Part shown: positions 34,405-49,324 of the stretch, piece after piece
Position numbering within the stretch: position 1 is the first letter of the stretch
Layout: each line of letters begins with the position of its first letter
NCBI RefSeq assembly: GCF_044324875.1
Contig: NZ_CP172185.1
Origin: Escherichia coli
Lineage (GTDB): Bacteria; Pseudomonadota; Gammaproteobacteria; Enterobacterales; Enterobacteriaceae
DNA: 64,000 nt
Direction: 5' to 3' (one strand)
Notes under the pieces: model-generated
The model's input: the letters and a program-made list of their open reading frames with translations, nothing else
The model's database searches: none
Told to the model about the DNA's origin: nothing
Translations under genes and position numbers: made by a program

Positions 34405-35328
34405 ATGAGTGTTTTATATCCGTTAATTCAGGCGCTGGTGTTATTTGCCGTTGCGCCGCTGCTCTCCGGTATAACCCGCGTGGCGCGTGCCCGCTTGCAT
34501 AACCGTCGCGGGCCGGGCGTGTTGCAGGAGTATCGCGACATTATCAAACTGCTGGGTCGCCAGAGCGTTGGCCCGGATGCCTCCGGCTGGGTGTTCCGCC
34601 TGACGCCGTATGTGATGGTGGGCGTCATGCTGACTATCGCTACTGCGCTGCCGGTGGTGACCGTTGGTTCTCCGCTGCCGCAGCTGGGCGATTTGATCAC
34701 TTTACTGTATCTCTTTGCCATCGCGCGTTTCTTCTTTGCTATTTCTGGTCTGGATACCGGTAGCCCGTTTACCGCTATCGGCGCGAGCCGTGAAGCGATG
34801 CTTGGCGTGCTGGTCGAACCGATGTTGCTGCTTGGTCTGTGGGTTGCCGCACAGGTTGCCGGTTCCACCAACATCAGCAACATCACCGACACCGTTTATC
34901 ACTGGCCGCTGAGCCAGAGCATCCCGCTGGTGCTGGCGCTTTGTGCCTGTGCGTTCGCCACTTTTATCGAAATGGGCAAACTGCCGTTCGACCTGGCGGA
35001 AGCCGAGCAGGAGTTGCAGGAAGGTCCGCTCTCTGAGTACAGCGGCAGCGGCTTTGGCGTCATGAAATGGGGTATCAGCCTGAAACAGTTGGTGGTGCTG
35101 CAGATGTTCGTCGGGGTGTTTATTCCGTGGGGACAAATGGAAACCTTCACCGTCGGTGGGCTGCTGCTGGCGTTGGTGATTGCCATCGTCAAACTGGTGG
35201 TTGGCGTCCTGGTTATCGCGCTGTTCGAAAACAGCATGGCCCGTCTGCGTCTTGATATTACTCCGCGCATTACCTGGGCTGGGTTTGGCTTTGCATTTTT
35301 AGCGTTCGTCTCCTTGCTGGCGGCGTGA
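34405..35328 (+). CDS. hycD: Formate hydrogenlyase membrane subunit HycD (NuoH-like)
   Basis: 307 aa membrane protein. Confidence 0.95.
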   Translation: MSVLYPLIQALVLFAVAPLLSGITRVARARLHNRRGPGVLQEYRDIIKLLGRQSVGPDASGWVFRLTPYVMVGVMLTIATALPVVTVGSPLPQLGDLITLLYLFAIARFFFAISGLDTGSPFTAIGASREAMLGVLVEPMLLLGLWVAAQVAGSTNISNITDTVYHWPLSQSIPLVLALCACAFATFIEMGKLPFDLAEAEQELQEGPLSEYSGSGFGVMKWGISLKQLVVLQMFVGVFIPWGQMETFTVGGLLLALVIAIVKLVVGVLVIALFENSMARLRLDITPRITWAGFGFAFLAFVSLLAA

Positions 35329-35345
35329 TTAAAGAGAGTTTGAGC

Positions 35346-37055
35346 ATGTCTGAAGAAAAATTAGGTCAACATTATCTCGCCGCGCTGAATGAGGCATTTC
35401 CGGGCGTCGTGCTGGACCACGCCTGGCAGACCAAAGATCAGCTGACCGTGACCGTGAAGGTGAACTACCTGCCGGAAGTGGTGGAGTTTCTCTACTACAA
35501 GCAGGGGGGCTGGCTGTCGGTGCTGTTTGGTAACGACGAACGCAAACTGAATGGTCATTACGCCGTTTACTACGTGCTGTCGATGGAGAAGGGCACCAAA
35601 TGCTGGATAACCGTGCGCGTTGAAGTTGACGCCAACAAACCGGAGTATCCGTCCGTGACGCCGCGCGTTCCGGCGGCGGTGTGGGGCGAGCGTGAAGTGC
35701 GCGATATGTACGGTTTGATTCCGGTAGGGCTTCCGGATGAACGTCGTCTGGTGCTGCCGGATGACTGGCCGGATGAACTTTATCCGCTGCGTAAAGACAG
35801 CATGGATTATCGTCAGCGTCCGGCACCGACTACCGATGCTGAAACCTACGAGTTTATCAACGAACTGGGCGACAAGAAAAACAACGTCGTGCCGATTGGT
35901 CCGCTGCACGTCACTTCTGACGAACCGGGCCACTTCCGTCTGTTCGTCGATGGCGAAAACATTATCGACGCCGACTACCGCCTGTTCTATGTCCATCGCG
36001 GCATGGAAAAACTGGCGGAAACCCGCATGGGTTACAACGAAGTGACCTTCCTCTCTGACCGTGTGTGCGGGATCTGCGGCTTTGCTCACAGCACCGCCTA
36101 CACCACGTCGGTGGAAAACGCGATGGGTATTCAGGTGCCAGAACGTGCGCAGATGATCCGCGCCATTCTGCTGGAGGTAGAACGCCTGCACTCGCATCTG
36201 CTCAACCTCGGCCTCGCCTGTCACTTTACCGGTTTCGACTCCGGCTTTATGCAGTTCTTCCGCGTGCGTGAAACCTCCATGAAAATGGCAGAGATCCTCA
36301 CCGGTGCGCGTAAAACCTACGGCCTGAACCTGATCGGCGGGATTCGTCGCGATCTGCTGAAAGATGACATGATCCAGACCCGCCAGCTGGCGCAACAGAT
36401 GCGTCGTGAAGTGCAGGAGCTGGTGGATGTGCTGCTGAGCACACCGAATATGGAACAGCGTACTGTCGGCATTGGTCGTCTGGACCCGGAAATCGCCCGC
36501 GATTTCAGTAACGTTGGCCCGATGGTCCGCGCCAGCGGTCACGCCCGCGATACCCGTGCCGATCACCCGTTTGTTGGTTATGGCCTGCTGCCAATGGAAG
36601 TCCACAGCGAGCAGGGCTGCGACGTTATTTCCCGTCTGAAAGTTCGTATCAACGAAGTCTATACCGCGCTGAACATGATCGACTACGGTCTGGATAACCT
36701 GCCGGGCGGTCCGCTGATGGTGGAAGGCTTTACCTATATTCCGCACCGTTTTGCGCTGGGCTTTGCCGAAGCGCCGCGCGGCGACGATATCCACTGGAGC
36801 ATGACCGGCGACAACCAGAAGCTGTACCGCTGGCGCTGCCGTGCCGCGACCTACGCGAACTGGCCGACCCTGCGCTACATGCTGCGTGGCAACACTGTTT
36901 CCGATGCGCCGCTGATTATCGGTAGCCTGGACCCTTGCTACTCCTGTACCGACCGCATGACCGTGGTCGATGTACGTAAGAAGAAGAGCAAAGTGGTGCC
37001 GTACAAAGAACTCGAGCGTTACAGCATTGAGCGTAAAAACTCGCCGCTGAAATAA
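35346..37055 (+). CDS. hycE: Hydrogenase 3 large subunit HycE
   Basis: Start set at MSEEKLGQHYLAALNEAFPG... (569 aa); NiFe ligand motifs RVCGICGFAH and DPCYSCTDR. Confidence 0.96.
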   Translation: MSEEKLGQHYLAALNEAFPGVVLDHAWQTKDQLTVTVKVNYLPEVVEFLYYKQGGWLSVLFGNDERKLNGHYAVYYVLSMEKGTKCWITVRVEVDANKPEYPSVTPRVPAAVWGEREVRDMYGLIPVGLPDERRLVLPDDWPDELYPLRKDSMDYRQRPAPTTDAETYEFINELGDKKNNVVPIGPLHVTSDEPGHFRLFVDGENIIDADYRLFYVHRGMEKLAETRMGYNEVTFLSDRVCGICGFAHSTAYTTSVENAMGIQVPERAQMIRAILLEVERLHSHLLNLGLACHFTGFDSGFMQFFRVRETSMKMAEILTGARKTYGLNLIGGIRRDLLKDDMIQTRQLAQQMRREVQELVDVLLSTPNMEQRTVGIGRLDPEIARDFSNVGPMVRASGHARDTRADHPFVGYGLLPMEVHSEQGCDVISRLKVRINEVYTALNMIDYGLDNLPGGPLMVEGFTYIPHRFALGFAEAPRGDDIHWSMTGDNQKLYRWRCRAATYANWPTLRYMLRGNTVSDAPLIIGSLDPCYSCTDRMTVVDVRKKKSKVVPYKELERYSIERKNSPLK

Positions 37056-37064
37056 GGAATCGCC

Positions 37065-37607
37065 ATGTTTACCTTTATCAAAAAAGTCATCAAAACCGGC
37101 ACGGCGACCTCGTCTTATCCGCTGGAGCCGATTGCGGTTGATAAAAACTTCCGTGGTAAGCCAGAGCAGAACCCGCAGCAGTGCATCGGCTGCGCGGCCT
37201 GCGTCAATGCCTGCCCGTCAAACGCCTTAACGGTTGAAACCGACCTCGCCACAGGAGAGCTTGCCTGGGAGTTCAATCTTGGACGCTGCATCTTCTGTGG
37301 ACGCTGCGAAGAAGTCTGCCCGACGGCGGCGATCAAACTGTCGCAAGAGTACGAACTGGCGGTGTGGAAGAAAGAAGACTTCCTGCAACAGTCCCGTTTC
37401 GCGCTGTGTAACTGCCGCATCTGTAATCGTCCTTTCGCCGTCCAGAAAGAGATCGACTACGCCATTGCACTGCTTAAGCACAATGGTGACAGTCGCGCGG
37501 AAAACCACCGCGAAAGCTTTGAGACTTGCCCGGAATGTAAGCGCCAGAAATGCCTGGTGCCGTCCGACCGTATTGAACTGACTCGCCATATGAAAGAGGC
37601 CATCTGA
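37065..37607 (+). CDS. hycF: Formate hydrogenlyase Fe-S subunit HycF
   Basis: 180 aa with two 4Fe-4S motifs. Confidence 0.95.
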   Translation: MFTFIKKVIKTGTATSSYPLEPIAVDKNFRGKPEQNPQQCIGCAACVNACPSNALTVETDLATGELAWEFNLGRCIFCGRCEEVCPTAAIKLSQEYELAVWKKEDFLQQSRFALCNCRICNRPFAVQKEIDYAIALLKHNGDSRAENHRESFETCPECKRQKCLVPSDRIELTRHMKEAI

Positions 37608-38374
37608 TGAGCAATTTATTAGGCCCCCGTGACGCCAACGGCATTCCGGTCCCGATGACGGTGGATGAATCCATCGCCAGCATGAAGGCGTCGTTACTGA
37701 AAAAAATCAAACGTTCTGCCTACGTTTACCGCGTGGACTGCGGCGGCTGCAACGGCTGCGAAATCGAAATTTTCGCCACTTTGTCGCCGCTGTTCGATGC
37801 AGAACGCTTCGGCATTAAAGTCGTTCCTTCACCGCGTCATGCGGATATTTTACTGTTTACCGGCGCGGTCACCCGTGCAATGCGATCCCCTGCGCTGCGT
37901 GCGTGGCAGTCCGCGCCGGACCCGAAAATCTGTATCTCCTACGGTGCCTGCGGTAACAGCGGTGGCATTTTCCACGATCTCTACTGCGTGTGGGGCGGTA
38001 CGGATAAAATCGTCCCGGTGGATGTCTACATTCCGGGCTGCCCGCCAACGCCTGCCGCTACGCTATACGGCTTTGCAATGGCGCTCGGCCTGCTGGAGCA
38101 GAAAATTCACGCCCGTGGGCCGGGTGAGCAGGATGAACAACCGGCGGAGATCCTGCATGGCGATATGGTGCAGCCGCTGCGTGTGAAAGTAGATCGCGAA
38201 GCACGCCGCCTGGCGGGTTACCGTTACGGTCGCCAGATTGCCGATGACTTCCTGACACAGTTAGGGCAGGGCGAAGAGCAGGTTGCACGCTGGCTGGAAG
38301 CGGAAAACGATCCGCGTCTGAACGAGATTGTCAGCCATCTGAATCATGTTGTTGAAGAGGCGCGTATCCGATGA
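37607..38374 (+). CDS. hycG: Hydrogenase 3 small subunit HycG
   Basis: 255 aa NuoB-like. Confidence 0.95.
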   Translation: MSNLLGPRDANGIPVPMTVDESIASMKASLLKKIKRSAYVYRVDCGGCNGCEIEIFATLSPLFDAERFGIKVVPSPRHADILLFTGAVTRAMRSPALRAWQSAPDPKICISYGACGNSGGIFHDLYCVWGGTDKIVPVDVYIPGCPPTPAATLYGFAMALGLLEQKIHARGPGEQDEQPAEILHGDMVQPLRVKVDREARRLAGYRYGRQIADDFLTQLGQGEEQVARWLEAENDPRLNEIVSHLNHVVEEARIR

Positions 38375-38781
38375 GTGAAAAGGTGGTGTTCAGTCAACTG
38401 AGCCGTAAATTTATTGATGAGAACGATGCCACGCCCGCCGAGGCGCAGCAGGTGGTCTATTACAGCCTGGCGATTGGTCACCACCTTGGGGTTATCGATT
38501 GCCTGGAAGCGGCGCTCACCTGCCCGTGGGATGAATATCTGGCATGGATTGCCACTCTGGAGGCGGGCAGCGAAGCCCGCCGCAAAATGGAAGGCGTGCC
38601 GAAATATGGTGAGATCGTCATCGACATTAACCATGTGCCGATGCTGGCCAACGCATTCGATAAAGCCCGGGCAACGCAAACTTCGCAGCAGAAAGAATGG
38701 AGTACAATGCTGTTAAGTATGCTGCATGATATTCATCAGGAAAACGCCATCTATTTGATGGTGAGGAGATTGCGTGACTGA
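38371..38781 (+). CDS. hycH: Formate hydrogenlyase maturation protein HycH
   Basis: 136 aa in expected position. Confidence 0.9.
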   Translation: MSEKVVFSQLSRKFIDENDATPAEAQQVVYYSLAIGHHLGVIDCLEAALTCPWDEYLAWIATLEAGSEARRKMEGVPKYGEIVIDINHVPMLANAFDKARATQTSQQKEWSTMLLSMLHDIHQENAIYLMVRRLRD

Positions 38782-39244
38782 CGTTTTACTCTGTGTTGGC
38801 AATAGCATGATGGGCGATGATGGCGCAGGCCCGCTGCTGGCGGAAAAGTGCGCCGCCGCGCCGAAAGGTAACTGGGTGGTGATTGACGGCGGTAGCGCAC
38901 CGGAAAACGACATTGTCGCTATCCGCGAACTGCGCCCGACACGACTGCTGATTGTCGACGCCACGGATATGGGGCTAAACCCCGGCGAGATCCGCATCAT
39001 CGACCCGGATGACATCGCCGAGATGTTTATGATGACTACCCATAACATGCCGCTGAACTACCTTATCGACCAGTTAAAAGAAGATATTGGCGAAGTGATT
39101 TTCCTCGGCATCCAGCCGGATATCGTCGGCTTTTACTACCCGATGACCCAGCCGATTAAAGACGCCGTAGAAACCGTTTATCAACGGCTGGAAGGCTGGG
39201 AAGGGAATGGCGGCTTCGCACAGTTAGCGGTGGAAGAAGAGTAG
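38774..39244 (+). CDS. hycI: Hydrogenase 3 maturation endopeptidase HycI
   Basis: 156 aa, [25 protein letters not shown]... Confidence 0.95.
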   Translation: MTDVLLCVGNSMMGDDGAGPLLAEKCAAAPKGNWVVIDGGSAPENDIVAIRELRPTRLLIVDATDMGLNPGEIRIIDPDDIAEMFMMTTHNMPLNYLIDQLKEDIGEVIFLGIQPDIVGFYYPMTQPIKDAVETVYQRLEGWEGNGGFAQLAVEEE

Positions 39245-39304
39245 TTTTTCAGTAAGGAATCAGGACAGGGATGTTCTTGATGAGGGAATCAGAACTGATA
39301 GCAA

Positions 39305-39397
39305 ACGCCAGATTGCCCGATGCGCTGCGCTTATCGGGCCTACCTGGTTCGTGCGACATGTAGGCCGGATAAGGCGTTCACGCCGCATCCGGCACTG
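39305..39397. repeat. REP/BIME element (two palindromic units)
   Basis: gcccgatgcgctgcgcttatcgggcctac and gtaggccggataaggcgttcacgccgcatccggc, classic REP palindromes between convergent hycI and ascB. Confidence 0.85.
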
Positions 39398-39401
39398 TTA
39401 C

Positions 39402-42292
<2,891 letters not shown>

Positions 42293-42548
42293 CGGATTTT
42301 ATCCTGTTATCAGTAGGGTAGATGTAGTTGTTATCAGTCGACGTGACGGAAAAATGCCGATGCTGAAACGGAATTAGGAAACCGGTTTCACAAAATCATG
42401 AATAGTTGTCACTAAATAAGCAAGAGAGTTAATTGTTCATTTTTTATATTTGTGAAACCGGTCACCTGAATATTTTTCCCGCCGATTGCGCAAGGACAAT
42501 CGGCAAACGGTGCAGTACACTGCGTTGATTGCGTGTAAAGGGATGAAA

Positions 42549-43562
42549 ATGACGACGACGATGCTGGAAGTGGCGAAGCGCGCCGGGGTTTCAAAAGCGA
42601 CCGTTTCCCGCGTGCTTTCAGGTAATGGCTACGTCAGCCAGGAGACTAAAGATCGCGTGTTTCAGGCGGTAGAAGAGAGCGGTTACCGTCCAAACTTGCT
42701 GGCGCGCAATCTGTCGGCGAAGAGTACTCAGACGCTGGGGCTGGTCGTGACCAACACACTTTACCACGGCATTTATTTTAGTGAATTACTCTTTCATGCC
42801 GCGCGAATGGCGGAAGAGAAAGGGCGACAGTTGCTATTGGCAGATGGTAAACACAGCGCCGAAGAAGAGCGCCAGGCGATTCAGTATCTGCTGGATTTGC
42901 GCTGCGACGCCATTATGATTTACCCGCGTTTTTTAAGTGTGGATGAGATCGATGACATCATTGACGCGCACAGTCAGCCGATAATGGTGCTTAATCGCCG
43001 CCTGCGCAAAAATAGCAGCCATAGCGTCTGGTGCGATCATAAACAGACCAGCTTTAACGCCGTGGCAGAGTTGATAAACGCCGGACATCAGGAGATTGCT
43101 TTCCTTACCGGCTCGATGGATTCCCCCACCAGCGTTGAACGTCTTGCCGGGTATAAAGACGCGCTGGCGCAGCATAGTATTGCGCTCAATGAAAAACTTA
43201 TCGCTAACGGTAAATGGACGCCCGCCAGCGGGGCCGAAGGGGTAGAAACGTTGCTCGAACGTGGGGCTAAATTTAGCGCGTTAGTTGCCAGTAACGACGA
43301 TATGGCGATAGGTGCGATGAAAGCGTTACACGAGCGCGGCGTAGCGGTGCCAGAGCAGGTGTCAGTTATCGGATTCGATGATATCGCTATTGCCCCCTAC
43401 ACCGTTCCGGCTCTCTCCAGCGTAAAAATTCCGGTGACTGAGATGATTCAGGAAATTATTGGACGGCTGATTTTTATGCTCGATGGCGGGGATTTCTCAC
43501 CGCCGAAAACCTTCAGCGGAAAATTGATCTGCCGCGACTCACTCATTGCCCTTTCGCGATAA
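42549..43562 (+). CDS. ascG: LacI/GalR-family repressor of asc operon
   Basis: Start set at MTTTMLEVAKRAGVSKATVSRVLSG...; HTH then periplasmic-binding-like domain. Confidence 0.92.
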   Translation: MTTTMLEVAKRAGVSKATVSRVLSGNGYVSQETKDRVFQAVEESGYRPNLLARNLSAKSTQTLGLVVTNTLYHGIYFSELLFHAARMAEEKGRQLLLADGKHSAEEERQAIQYLLDLRCDAIMIYPRFLSVDEIDDIIDAHSQPIMVLNRRLRKNSSHSVWCDHKQTSFNAVAELINAGHQEIAFLTGSMDSPTSVERLAGYKDALAQHSIALNEKLIANGKWTPASGAEGVETLLERGAKFSALVASNDDMAIGAMKALHERGVAVPEQVSVIGFDDIAIAPYTVPALSSVKIPVTEMIQEIIGRLIFMLDGGDFSPPKTFSGKLICRDSLIALSR

Positions 43563-43575
43563 ACATTGTCATCAC

Positions 43576-43610
43576 ATGTCATCGTCACTAGTGTCGATGA
43601 CATCGTTTTT
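43576..43610 (+). terminator. Intrinsic terminator after ascG
   Basis: 28 bp near-perfect palindrome atgtcatcgtcactagtgtcgatgacat followed by TTTTT. Confidence 0.6.
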
Positions 43611-43710
43611 CCTGCATTGCAGAATTTAATTTCTTTAAATAACAGTAAATTAAAAACTGGCATGATTTGTGAATGTATCGGCGCATTAACTGTCATTGCT
43701 GGAGAATTTG

Positions 43711-44238
43711 ATGAACCGTTTCATCATTGCTGACGCGAGTAAATGTATTGGTTGCCGTACCTGTGAAGTGGCGTGCGTGGTTTCTCATCAGGAGAATCAG
43801 GACTGTGCATCGCTGACCCCGGAAACTTTTTTACCGCGAATCCATGTCATTAAAGGTGTGAACATTTCTACGGCGACCGTCTGCCGTCAGTGTGAAGATG
43901 CACCGTGCGCTAACGTCTGCCCGAATGGTGCTATCAGCCGTGATAAAGGGTTTGTTCATGTGATGCAGGAACGTTGCATTGGTTGCAAAACCTGCGTTGT
44001 GGCTTGCCCGTATGGCGCGATGGAAGTGGTGGTACGTCCGGTGATTCGCAACAGCGGCGCGGGGCTGAATGTACGGGCTGACAAAGCCGAAGCCAATAAA
44101 TGCGACCTCTGTAACCATCGTGAAGACGGCCCGGCGTGTATGGCGGCTTGCCCGACCCATGCGCTGATTTGTGTCGATCGTAATAAACTTGAACAACTGA
44201 GCGCAGAAAAACGTCGCCGTACGGCGCTGATGTTCTAA
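43711..44238 (+). CDS. hydN: Electron transport ferredoxin-like protein HydN
   Basis: Start set at [22 protein letters not shown]... (GGAGAA RBS); four 4Fe-4S motifs. Confidence 0.93.
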   Translation: MNRFIIADASKCIGCRTCEVACVVSHQENQDCASLTPETFLPRIHVIKGVNISTATVCRQCEDAPCANVCPNGAISRDKGFVHVMQERCIGCKTCVVACPYGAMEVVVRPVIRNSGAGLNVRADKAEANKCDLCNHREDGPACMAACPTHALICVDRNKLEQLSAEKRRRTALMF

Positions 44239-44390
44239 AAATCTTACAGAACTGTTCTGGTATCAAAGGAATTCCCGGAAATATTCGTAGAATACGAAGC
44301 GGGCAGTATCGCCGACCTGTGACTGCCGGATGCGACGCGCTCGTGTCCGGCTGGGCGGGTTACGCAATTCATGATGGCGGGAATAACTCA

Positions 44391-46631
44391 ATGGCAAAAA
44401 ACACATCTTGCGGTGTTCAACTGCGTATTCGTGGCAAAGTGCAGGGCGTCGGTTTTCGTCCGTTTGTCTGGCAGCTGGCACAGCAATTAAATCTTCACGG
44501 CGATGTCTGTAATGACGGCGATGGCGTAGAAGTCCGGCTGCTGGAAGACCCGGAAACGTTTCTTGTTCAATTGCATCAGCACTGCCCGCCGCTGGCGCGT
44601 ATTGATAGCGTCGAGCGTGAGCCGTTTATCTGGTCACAACTGCCCACCGAGTTCACTATCCGTCAGAGCACAGGCGGCGTCATGAATACGCAAATTGTTC
44701 CCGATGCCGCGACTTGTCCTGCCTGTCTTGCTGAAATGAATACCCCGGGCGAGCGGCGTTATCGTTATCCGTTTATCAACTGTACCCACTGCGGCCCACG
44801 TTTCACCATTATTCGCGCGATGCCTTACGACCGCCCGTTTACCGTGATGGCGGCGTTTCCGCTGTGTCCGGCCTGTGACAAAGAATATCGCGACCCGCTC
44901 GATCGTCGCTTCCACGCCCAGCCGGTGGCCTGCCCGGAGTGTGGCCCCCATCTTGAATGGGTAAGTCATGGTGAACATGCAGAACAAGAGGCGGCATTAC
45001 AGGCAGCTATCGCACAGTTAAAAATGGGCAACATTGTCGCCATCAAAGGGATTGGCGGATTTCATCTCGCCTGCGATGCGCGTAACAGTAACGCGGTGGC
45101 GACACTGCGGGCGCGCAAACATCGCCCGGCGAAACCGCTGGCGGTTATGTTGCCAGTGGCAGAAGGTTTACCAGACGCTGCCCGTCAGTTGCTTACCACA
45201 CCCGCCGCGCCGATTGTGCTGGTGGATAAAAAATACGTTCCTGAGCTTTGTGATGATATCGCCCCTGGCCTTAACGAAGTTGGGGTGATGTTGCCTGCGA
45301 ATCCGCTTCAGCATTTGCTGTTACAGGAACTGCAATGTCCGCTGGTGATGACCTCCGGCAACCTGAGCGGTAAACCACCGGCTATCAGCAACGAACAGGC
45401 GCTGGCGGATTTGCAGGGCATTGCCGACGGATTCTTGCTACATAACCGCGACATCGTGCAGCGGATGGATGATTCAGTGGTGCGCGAAAGCGGCGAAATG
45501 CTGCGCCGTTCGCGGGGGTATGTGCCGGATGCGCTGGCTTTGCCTCCGGGTTTTAAAAATGTTCCGCCTGTGCTGTGTCTCGGCGCGGATCTGAAAAACA
45601 CCTTCTGCCTGGTGCGCGGCGAACAAGCGGTGTTGAGTCAGCATCTGGGCGATTTAAGTGACGATGGCATCCAGATGCAGTGGCGCGAAGCGTTACGCCT
45701 GATGCAAAACATCTACGATTTTACCCCGCAATACGTTGTGCATGACGTGCATCCGGGCTATGTCTCCAGCCAGTGGGCGCGCGAAATGAATCTGCCGACG
45801 CAAACGGTGCTGCATCATCATGCTCATGCGGCAGCGTGTCTGGCAGAACATCACTGGCCACTGGATGGCGGTGATGTCATTGCGTTGACGCTCGACGGTA
45901 TCGGTATGGGGGAGAACGGCGCTTTATGGGGCGGCGAGTGCCTGCGGGTGAACTATCGCGAATGCCAGTACCTGGGCGGCTTGCCAGCGGTGGCGCTTGC
46001 TGGGGGCGATTTGGCGGCGAAGCAGCCGTGGCGTAACCTGCTGGCGCAGTGCCTGCGCTTTGTGCCTGAGTGGCAGAATTACCCTGAAACGGCAAGTGTG
46101 CAACAGCAAAACTGGAGCGTGCTGGCGCGGGCCATTGAGCGTGGAATTAACGCGCCGCTGGCCTCATCGTGTGGGCGTTTGTTCGATGCTGTGGCGGCGG
46201 GACTGGGCTGTGCGCCAGCCACGTTAAGTTATGAAGGTGAAGCGGCTTGTGCTCTGGAGGCGCTCGCAGCCTCATGTGACGGAGTGACGCATCCGGTGAC
46301 GATACCGCTGGTGGACAATCAACTGGATCTCGCCACTTTCTGGCAGCAGTGGCTGAACTGGCAGGCACCGGTTAATCAACGCGCGTGGGCGTTTCATGAT
46401 GCGCTGGCGCAGGGTTTTGCCGCGTTGATGCGTGAGCAGGCCACGATGCGCGGTATCACTACGCTGGTATTTAGCGGCGGGGTTATTCATAACCGTTTGC
46501 TGCGTGCACGTCTGGCGCATTATCTCGCTGATTTCACATTGCTCTTTCCACAGAGTTTACCGGCGGGTGATGGCGGCTTGTCTCTGGGGCAGGGGGTTAT
46601 TGCTGCGGCGCGCATCCTGCATGCTGCATAG
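44391..46631 (+). CDS. hypF: Carbamoyltransferase HypF
   Basis: Start set at [25 protein letters not shown]... (acylphosphatase domain), then two CxxC zinc fingers, YrdC and Kae1-like domains. Confidence 0.95.
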   Translation: MAKNTSCGVQLRIRGKVQGVGFRPFVWQLAQQLNLHGDVCNDGDGVEVRLLEDPETFLVQLHQHCPPLARIDSVEREPFIWSQLPTEFTIRQSTGGVMNTQIVPDAATCPACLAEMNTPGERRYRYPFINCTHCGPRFTIIRAMPYDRPFTVMAAFPLCPACDKEYRDPLDRRFHAQPVACPECGPHLEWVSHGEHAEQEAALQAAIAQLKMGNIVAIKGIGGFHLACDARNSNAVATLRARKHRPAKPLAVMLPVAEGLPDAARQLLTTPAAPIVLVDKKYVPELCDDIAPGLNEVGVMLPANPLQHLLLQELQCPLVMTSGNLSGKPPAISNEQALADLQGIADGFLLHNRDIVQRMDDSVVRESGEMLRRSRGYVPDALALPPGFKNVPPVLCLGADLKNTFCLVRGEQAVLSQHLGDLSDDGIQMQWREALRLMQNIYDFTPQYVVHDVHPGYVSSQWAREMNLPTQTVLHHHAHAAACLAEHHWPLDGGDVIALTLDGIGMGENGALWGGECLRVNYRECQYLGGLPAVALAGGDLAAKQPWRNLLAQCLRFVPEWQNYPETASVQQQNWSVLARAIERGINAPLASSCGRLFDAVAAGLGCAPATLSYEGEAACALEALAASCDGVTHPVTIPLVDNQLDLATFWQQWLNWQAPVNQRAWAFHDALAQGFAALMREQATMRGITTLVFSGGVIHNRLLRARLAHYLADFTLLFPQSLPAGDGGLSLGQGVIAAARILHAA

Positions 46632-46675
46632 TGGTGGATGTGGCGTAACTAAGCGTAAAAAGAGCGCGGACAGTC

Positions 46676-46696
46676 CCCTCGCCCTTTGGGCGAGGG
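46676..46696. terminator. Hairpin between convergent hypF and norW (possible terminator)
   Basis: 9 bp stem CCCTCGCCC ... GGGCGAGGG with 3 nt loop; no clean T-run. Confidence 0.4.
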
Positions 46697-46708
46697 AGAA
46701 AACCATGC

Positions 46709-47842
46709 CTACACCGGCAACGTTTTCAACAATCCAAACGCCTCTTTCATCCGATCCTCACTGACCACAAAGGCGCGAAGCTGGTCAGTATCGTCAACGC
46801 CGCGTGCCACCATTCCCTGATGTTCGGTACAAATCTGCCAGCGCAAATCCCGACGCTGGGTTTCACCTGCCAGATGCAGCGGTAATTCCGGCGTTTTGAT
46901 TTTCACCAGCATCGCCGGGAGTTTCAGCGGCGTGTTATTGCCGAGAAGATTTTTTGCCAGCACCATCGCGCTAAGTTGAATCGGCTGGAGGAACGGCAAT
47001 ACCTGACCGTTAATTTCCGCGCAATCGCCCAGCGCATAAATATCGGCATTACTGGTTTGCAGATAACTATCGACGCAAACGCCGCGATTAATCGTCAGCC
47101 CGGCGCGTCGTGCCAGGGCGGTTTCCGGGCGCAGCCCGGTGGCGGCAATTACCGCATCCACTTCGATGCTGCGCTGGCGGTCCAGCGTTGCCAGAATGCC
47201 AGAATCCGTTTTTTCCAGCCCCTGCAACTGAGATTTCAACAGCAGATGAACGCCCATCTCCGTCAACCGATGCTGCAAGCGGCTGCTTACTTCCGGTGGC
47301 ATTAACGACGCCAGAATACTGGCAGCGTTGTCGATTAGCGTGACCGCTTTGCCTGCACGACAAAAATCCATCGCCAGTTCGCTACCAATCAAGCCACCGC
47401 CAACAATCAACACGCGTCGGGCATCCCGCAGTTGCGTTTCACAGGCGCGATACTCTTGCTGACTATTTAACGTCAGCATTAACTCACGCCCAGGCACTGG
47501 CGGGACAAAGGCACTGGCACCAGTTGCCAGCACCAGCTTGTCGTATTGCCACTGATTATTCTGGCTTTTCACCACATGGGCTTCGGCATCGATATCCGTT
47601 ACCCAGGTGTGCGGAAACAGGCGCAGATTAAACTTCTCGGCAAATTCACCTGCCGTCTGGCGGGTAAGGTCATCGGCACGTTGCCCCTGGCTGATAACAT
47701 GGCTGAGGTCAGGTTTGTTGTACTCATCCATGCTGTCGGCGGCAATCAGGGTTAATGGAATACTGGCGTCCTGTTTGCGAATATTTTTCACCAGTTGGCG
47801 GGCGGCGAAGCCCGAACCAATGATCACAATGCCGTTGCTCAT
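46709..47842 (-). CDS. norW: NADH:flavorubredoxin reductase
   Basis: 377 aa, [25 protein letters not shown]...; FAD/NAD Rossmann motifs. Confidence 0.95.
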   Translation of the reverse strand: MSNGIVIIGSGFAARQLVKNIRKQDASIPLTLIAADSMDEYNKPDLSHVISQGQRADDLTRQTAGEFAEKFNLRLFPHTWVTDIDAEAHVVKSQNNQWQYDKLVLATGASAFVPPVPGRELMLTLNSQQEYRACETQLRDARRVLIVGGGLIGSELAMDFCRAGKAVTLIDNAASILASLMPPEVSSRLQHRLTEMGVHLLLKSQLQGLEKTDSGILATLDRQRSIEVDAVIAATGLRPETALARRAGLTINRGVCVDSYLQTSNADIYALGDCAEINGQVLPFLQPIQLSAMVLAKNLLGNNTPLKLPAMLVKIKTPELPLHLAGETQRRDLRWQICTEHQGMVARGVDDTDQLRAFVVSEDRMKEAFGLLKTLPV

Positions 47843-49278
47843 TTTGCCTCCGATGCCAGTTCGTCAAAGACGTCTTTGCCGAGAGAGCATTCCGGGCACA
47901 GGAAGTTATCCGGGACTTCACTCCACGGCGTTCCTGGCGCAACGTCCTGCATTGGCTCGCCTTTTGCCGGATCGTAAATCCACTGGCAGACGCTGCACTG
48001 CATCCGTGGGCCGAGGTCAGCCGTCGTGGTGGCAGAGGTTTCTTCTTTAACCACCGTATTCACCGTGCTCTGCGGCAGCGGCGCGAGCGCCCACTGACGG
48101 GCGATTTCGCGACCGTGTTCACGACATAGCTCCAGAGCGTCCTGGTCCGGTCGCCATTTGGCTTTCAGGCTAAGCGACATTTCGAAACCTGCATCCTGCA
48201 GGCGTGTGGAAAGACGATCCACCGCACCGCCGCTCCAGCCGTGAGATCCGAAAGCACTGGCGCGTTTGTTACGGAAGCGTAAACCAGTCATCTCCTCCAC
48301 CAGCCCGGCGATTTTCGGCATCATCACATTATTCATCGTCGAAGTGCCAACCAGCACGCCTTTTGAGCGGAAGACATTGGTCAGGATTTCGTTTTTATCG
48401 CTTCGGGCGACGTTGAAAATTTTTACCGCCACGCGTGGGTCGGTTTCCGCAATACCCTGGGCGATAGCGTCAGCCATCATGCGGGTGTTATTCGACATGG
48501 TGTCGTAGAAAATGGTGATTCTGTCTTCCTGATAATCCGCCGCCCATTTCAGGTACAGCTCGACAATTTGCGTCGGGTTATCGCGCCATACCACGCCGTG
48601 AGAGGTCGCTATCATATCGACTGGCAAGTTAAAGCCCAGGATCTCGGTAATTTTCGGCGTTACCAGGCGGCTGAACGGCGTCAGGATATTGGCGTAGTAA
48701 CGCTGGCACTGCTCGAAAAGCTCAGTCTGATCCACTTCATCGTTGAAAAGATGCTCGTCGCAGTAGTGCTGACCGAAAGCATCGTTACTGAACAGCACCG
48801 CGTCGCCTGTCAGGTAAGTCATCATGCTGTCCGGCCAGTGCAGCATTGGTGTTTCGACAAAAATGAGCTGTTTGCCGTTGCCGATATCCAGCATGTCGCC
48901 AGTTTTCACCACATTAAAATTCCACTCCGGATGATGGTGATGACCATTTATCGAGTCGATAGCGTTGGCAGTACAGTAGATCGGCGTATCGGGAATTTGT
49001 GCCATCAGTTCGGTCAGCGCCCCGGCGTGGTCCTCTTCTGCATGGTTAATCACGATGTAATCGATATCCGCCAGATCGATTTCATTACGCAGGTTCTGCA
49101 CAAATTCGCGGCTGAATTTATGGTCAACGGTGTCGATCAGCACGTTTTTTTCTTCGCGGATGAGGTAGCTGTTGTAGCTGCTGCCGCGCAGCGTTTTATA
49201 TTCTGTGCCGTGAAAATCACGCACTTCCCAGTCACGTTGACCAACCCAATGAATGTTATTTTTCACCACAATAGACAT
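47839..49278 (-). CDS. norV: Anaerobic nitric oxide reductase flavorubredoxin
   Basis: 479 aa; metallo-beta-lactamase/flavodoxin domains and C-terminal rubredoxin CxxC...CxxC. Confidence 0.95.
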   Translation of the reverse strand: MSIVVKNNIHWVGQRDWEVRDFHGTEYKTLRGSSYNSYLIREEKNVLIDTVDHKFSREFVQNLRNEIDLADIDYIVINHAEEDHAGALTELMAQIPDTPIYCTANAIDSINGHHHHPEWNFNVVKTGDMLDIGNGKQLIFVETPMLHWPDSMMTYLTGDAVLFSNDAFGQHYCDEHLFNDEVDQTELFEQCQRYYANILTPFSRLVTPKITEILGFNLPVDMIATSHGVVWRDNPTQIVELYLKWAADYQEDRITIFYDTMSNNTRMMADAIAQGIAETDPRVAVKIFNVARSDKNEILTNVFRSKGVLVGTSTMNNVMMPKIAGLVEEMTGLRFRNKRASAFGSHGWSGGAVDRLSTRLQDAGFEMSLSLKAKWRPDQDALELCREHGREIARQWALAPLPQSTVNTVVKEETSATTTADLGPRMQCSVCQWIYDPAKGEPMQDVAPGTPWSEVPDNFLCPECSLGKDVFDELASEAK

Positions 49279-49324
49279 AGCAACCTCAATTTATTCAGCG
49301 TGTTCTAAAAAGATGTCTTGCTAA

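Noticed and set aside
35361-36794. 477 aa ORF antisense to hycE (and similar antisense ORFs 7375..7995 in cysD, 16498..17094 in rpoS, 29827..30444 in hypB, 32064..32585 in hycB, 33692..34198 in hycC, 18115..18696 in the ecd genes)
   Set aside because: Same codon-aligned antisense artefact; all lie wholly within well-supported genes on the other strand.
43640-43700. Possible sigma54 promoter for hydN (ctggcatgatttgtgaa)
   Set aside because: It has a TGGCA -24 element but the -12 position reads GA rather than GC; too weak to call without a position-weight-matrix score.
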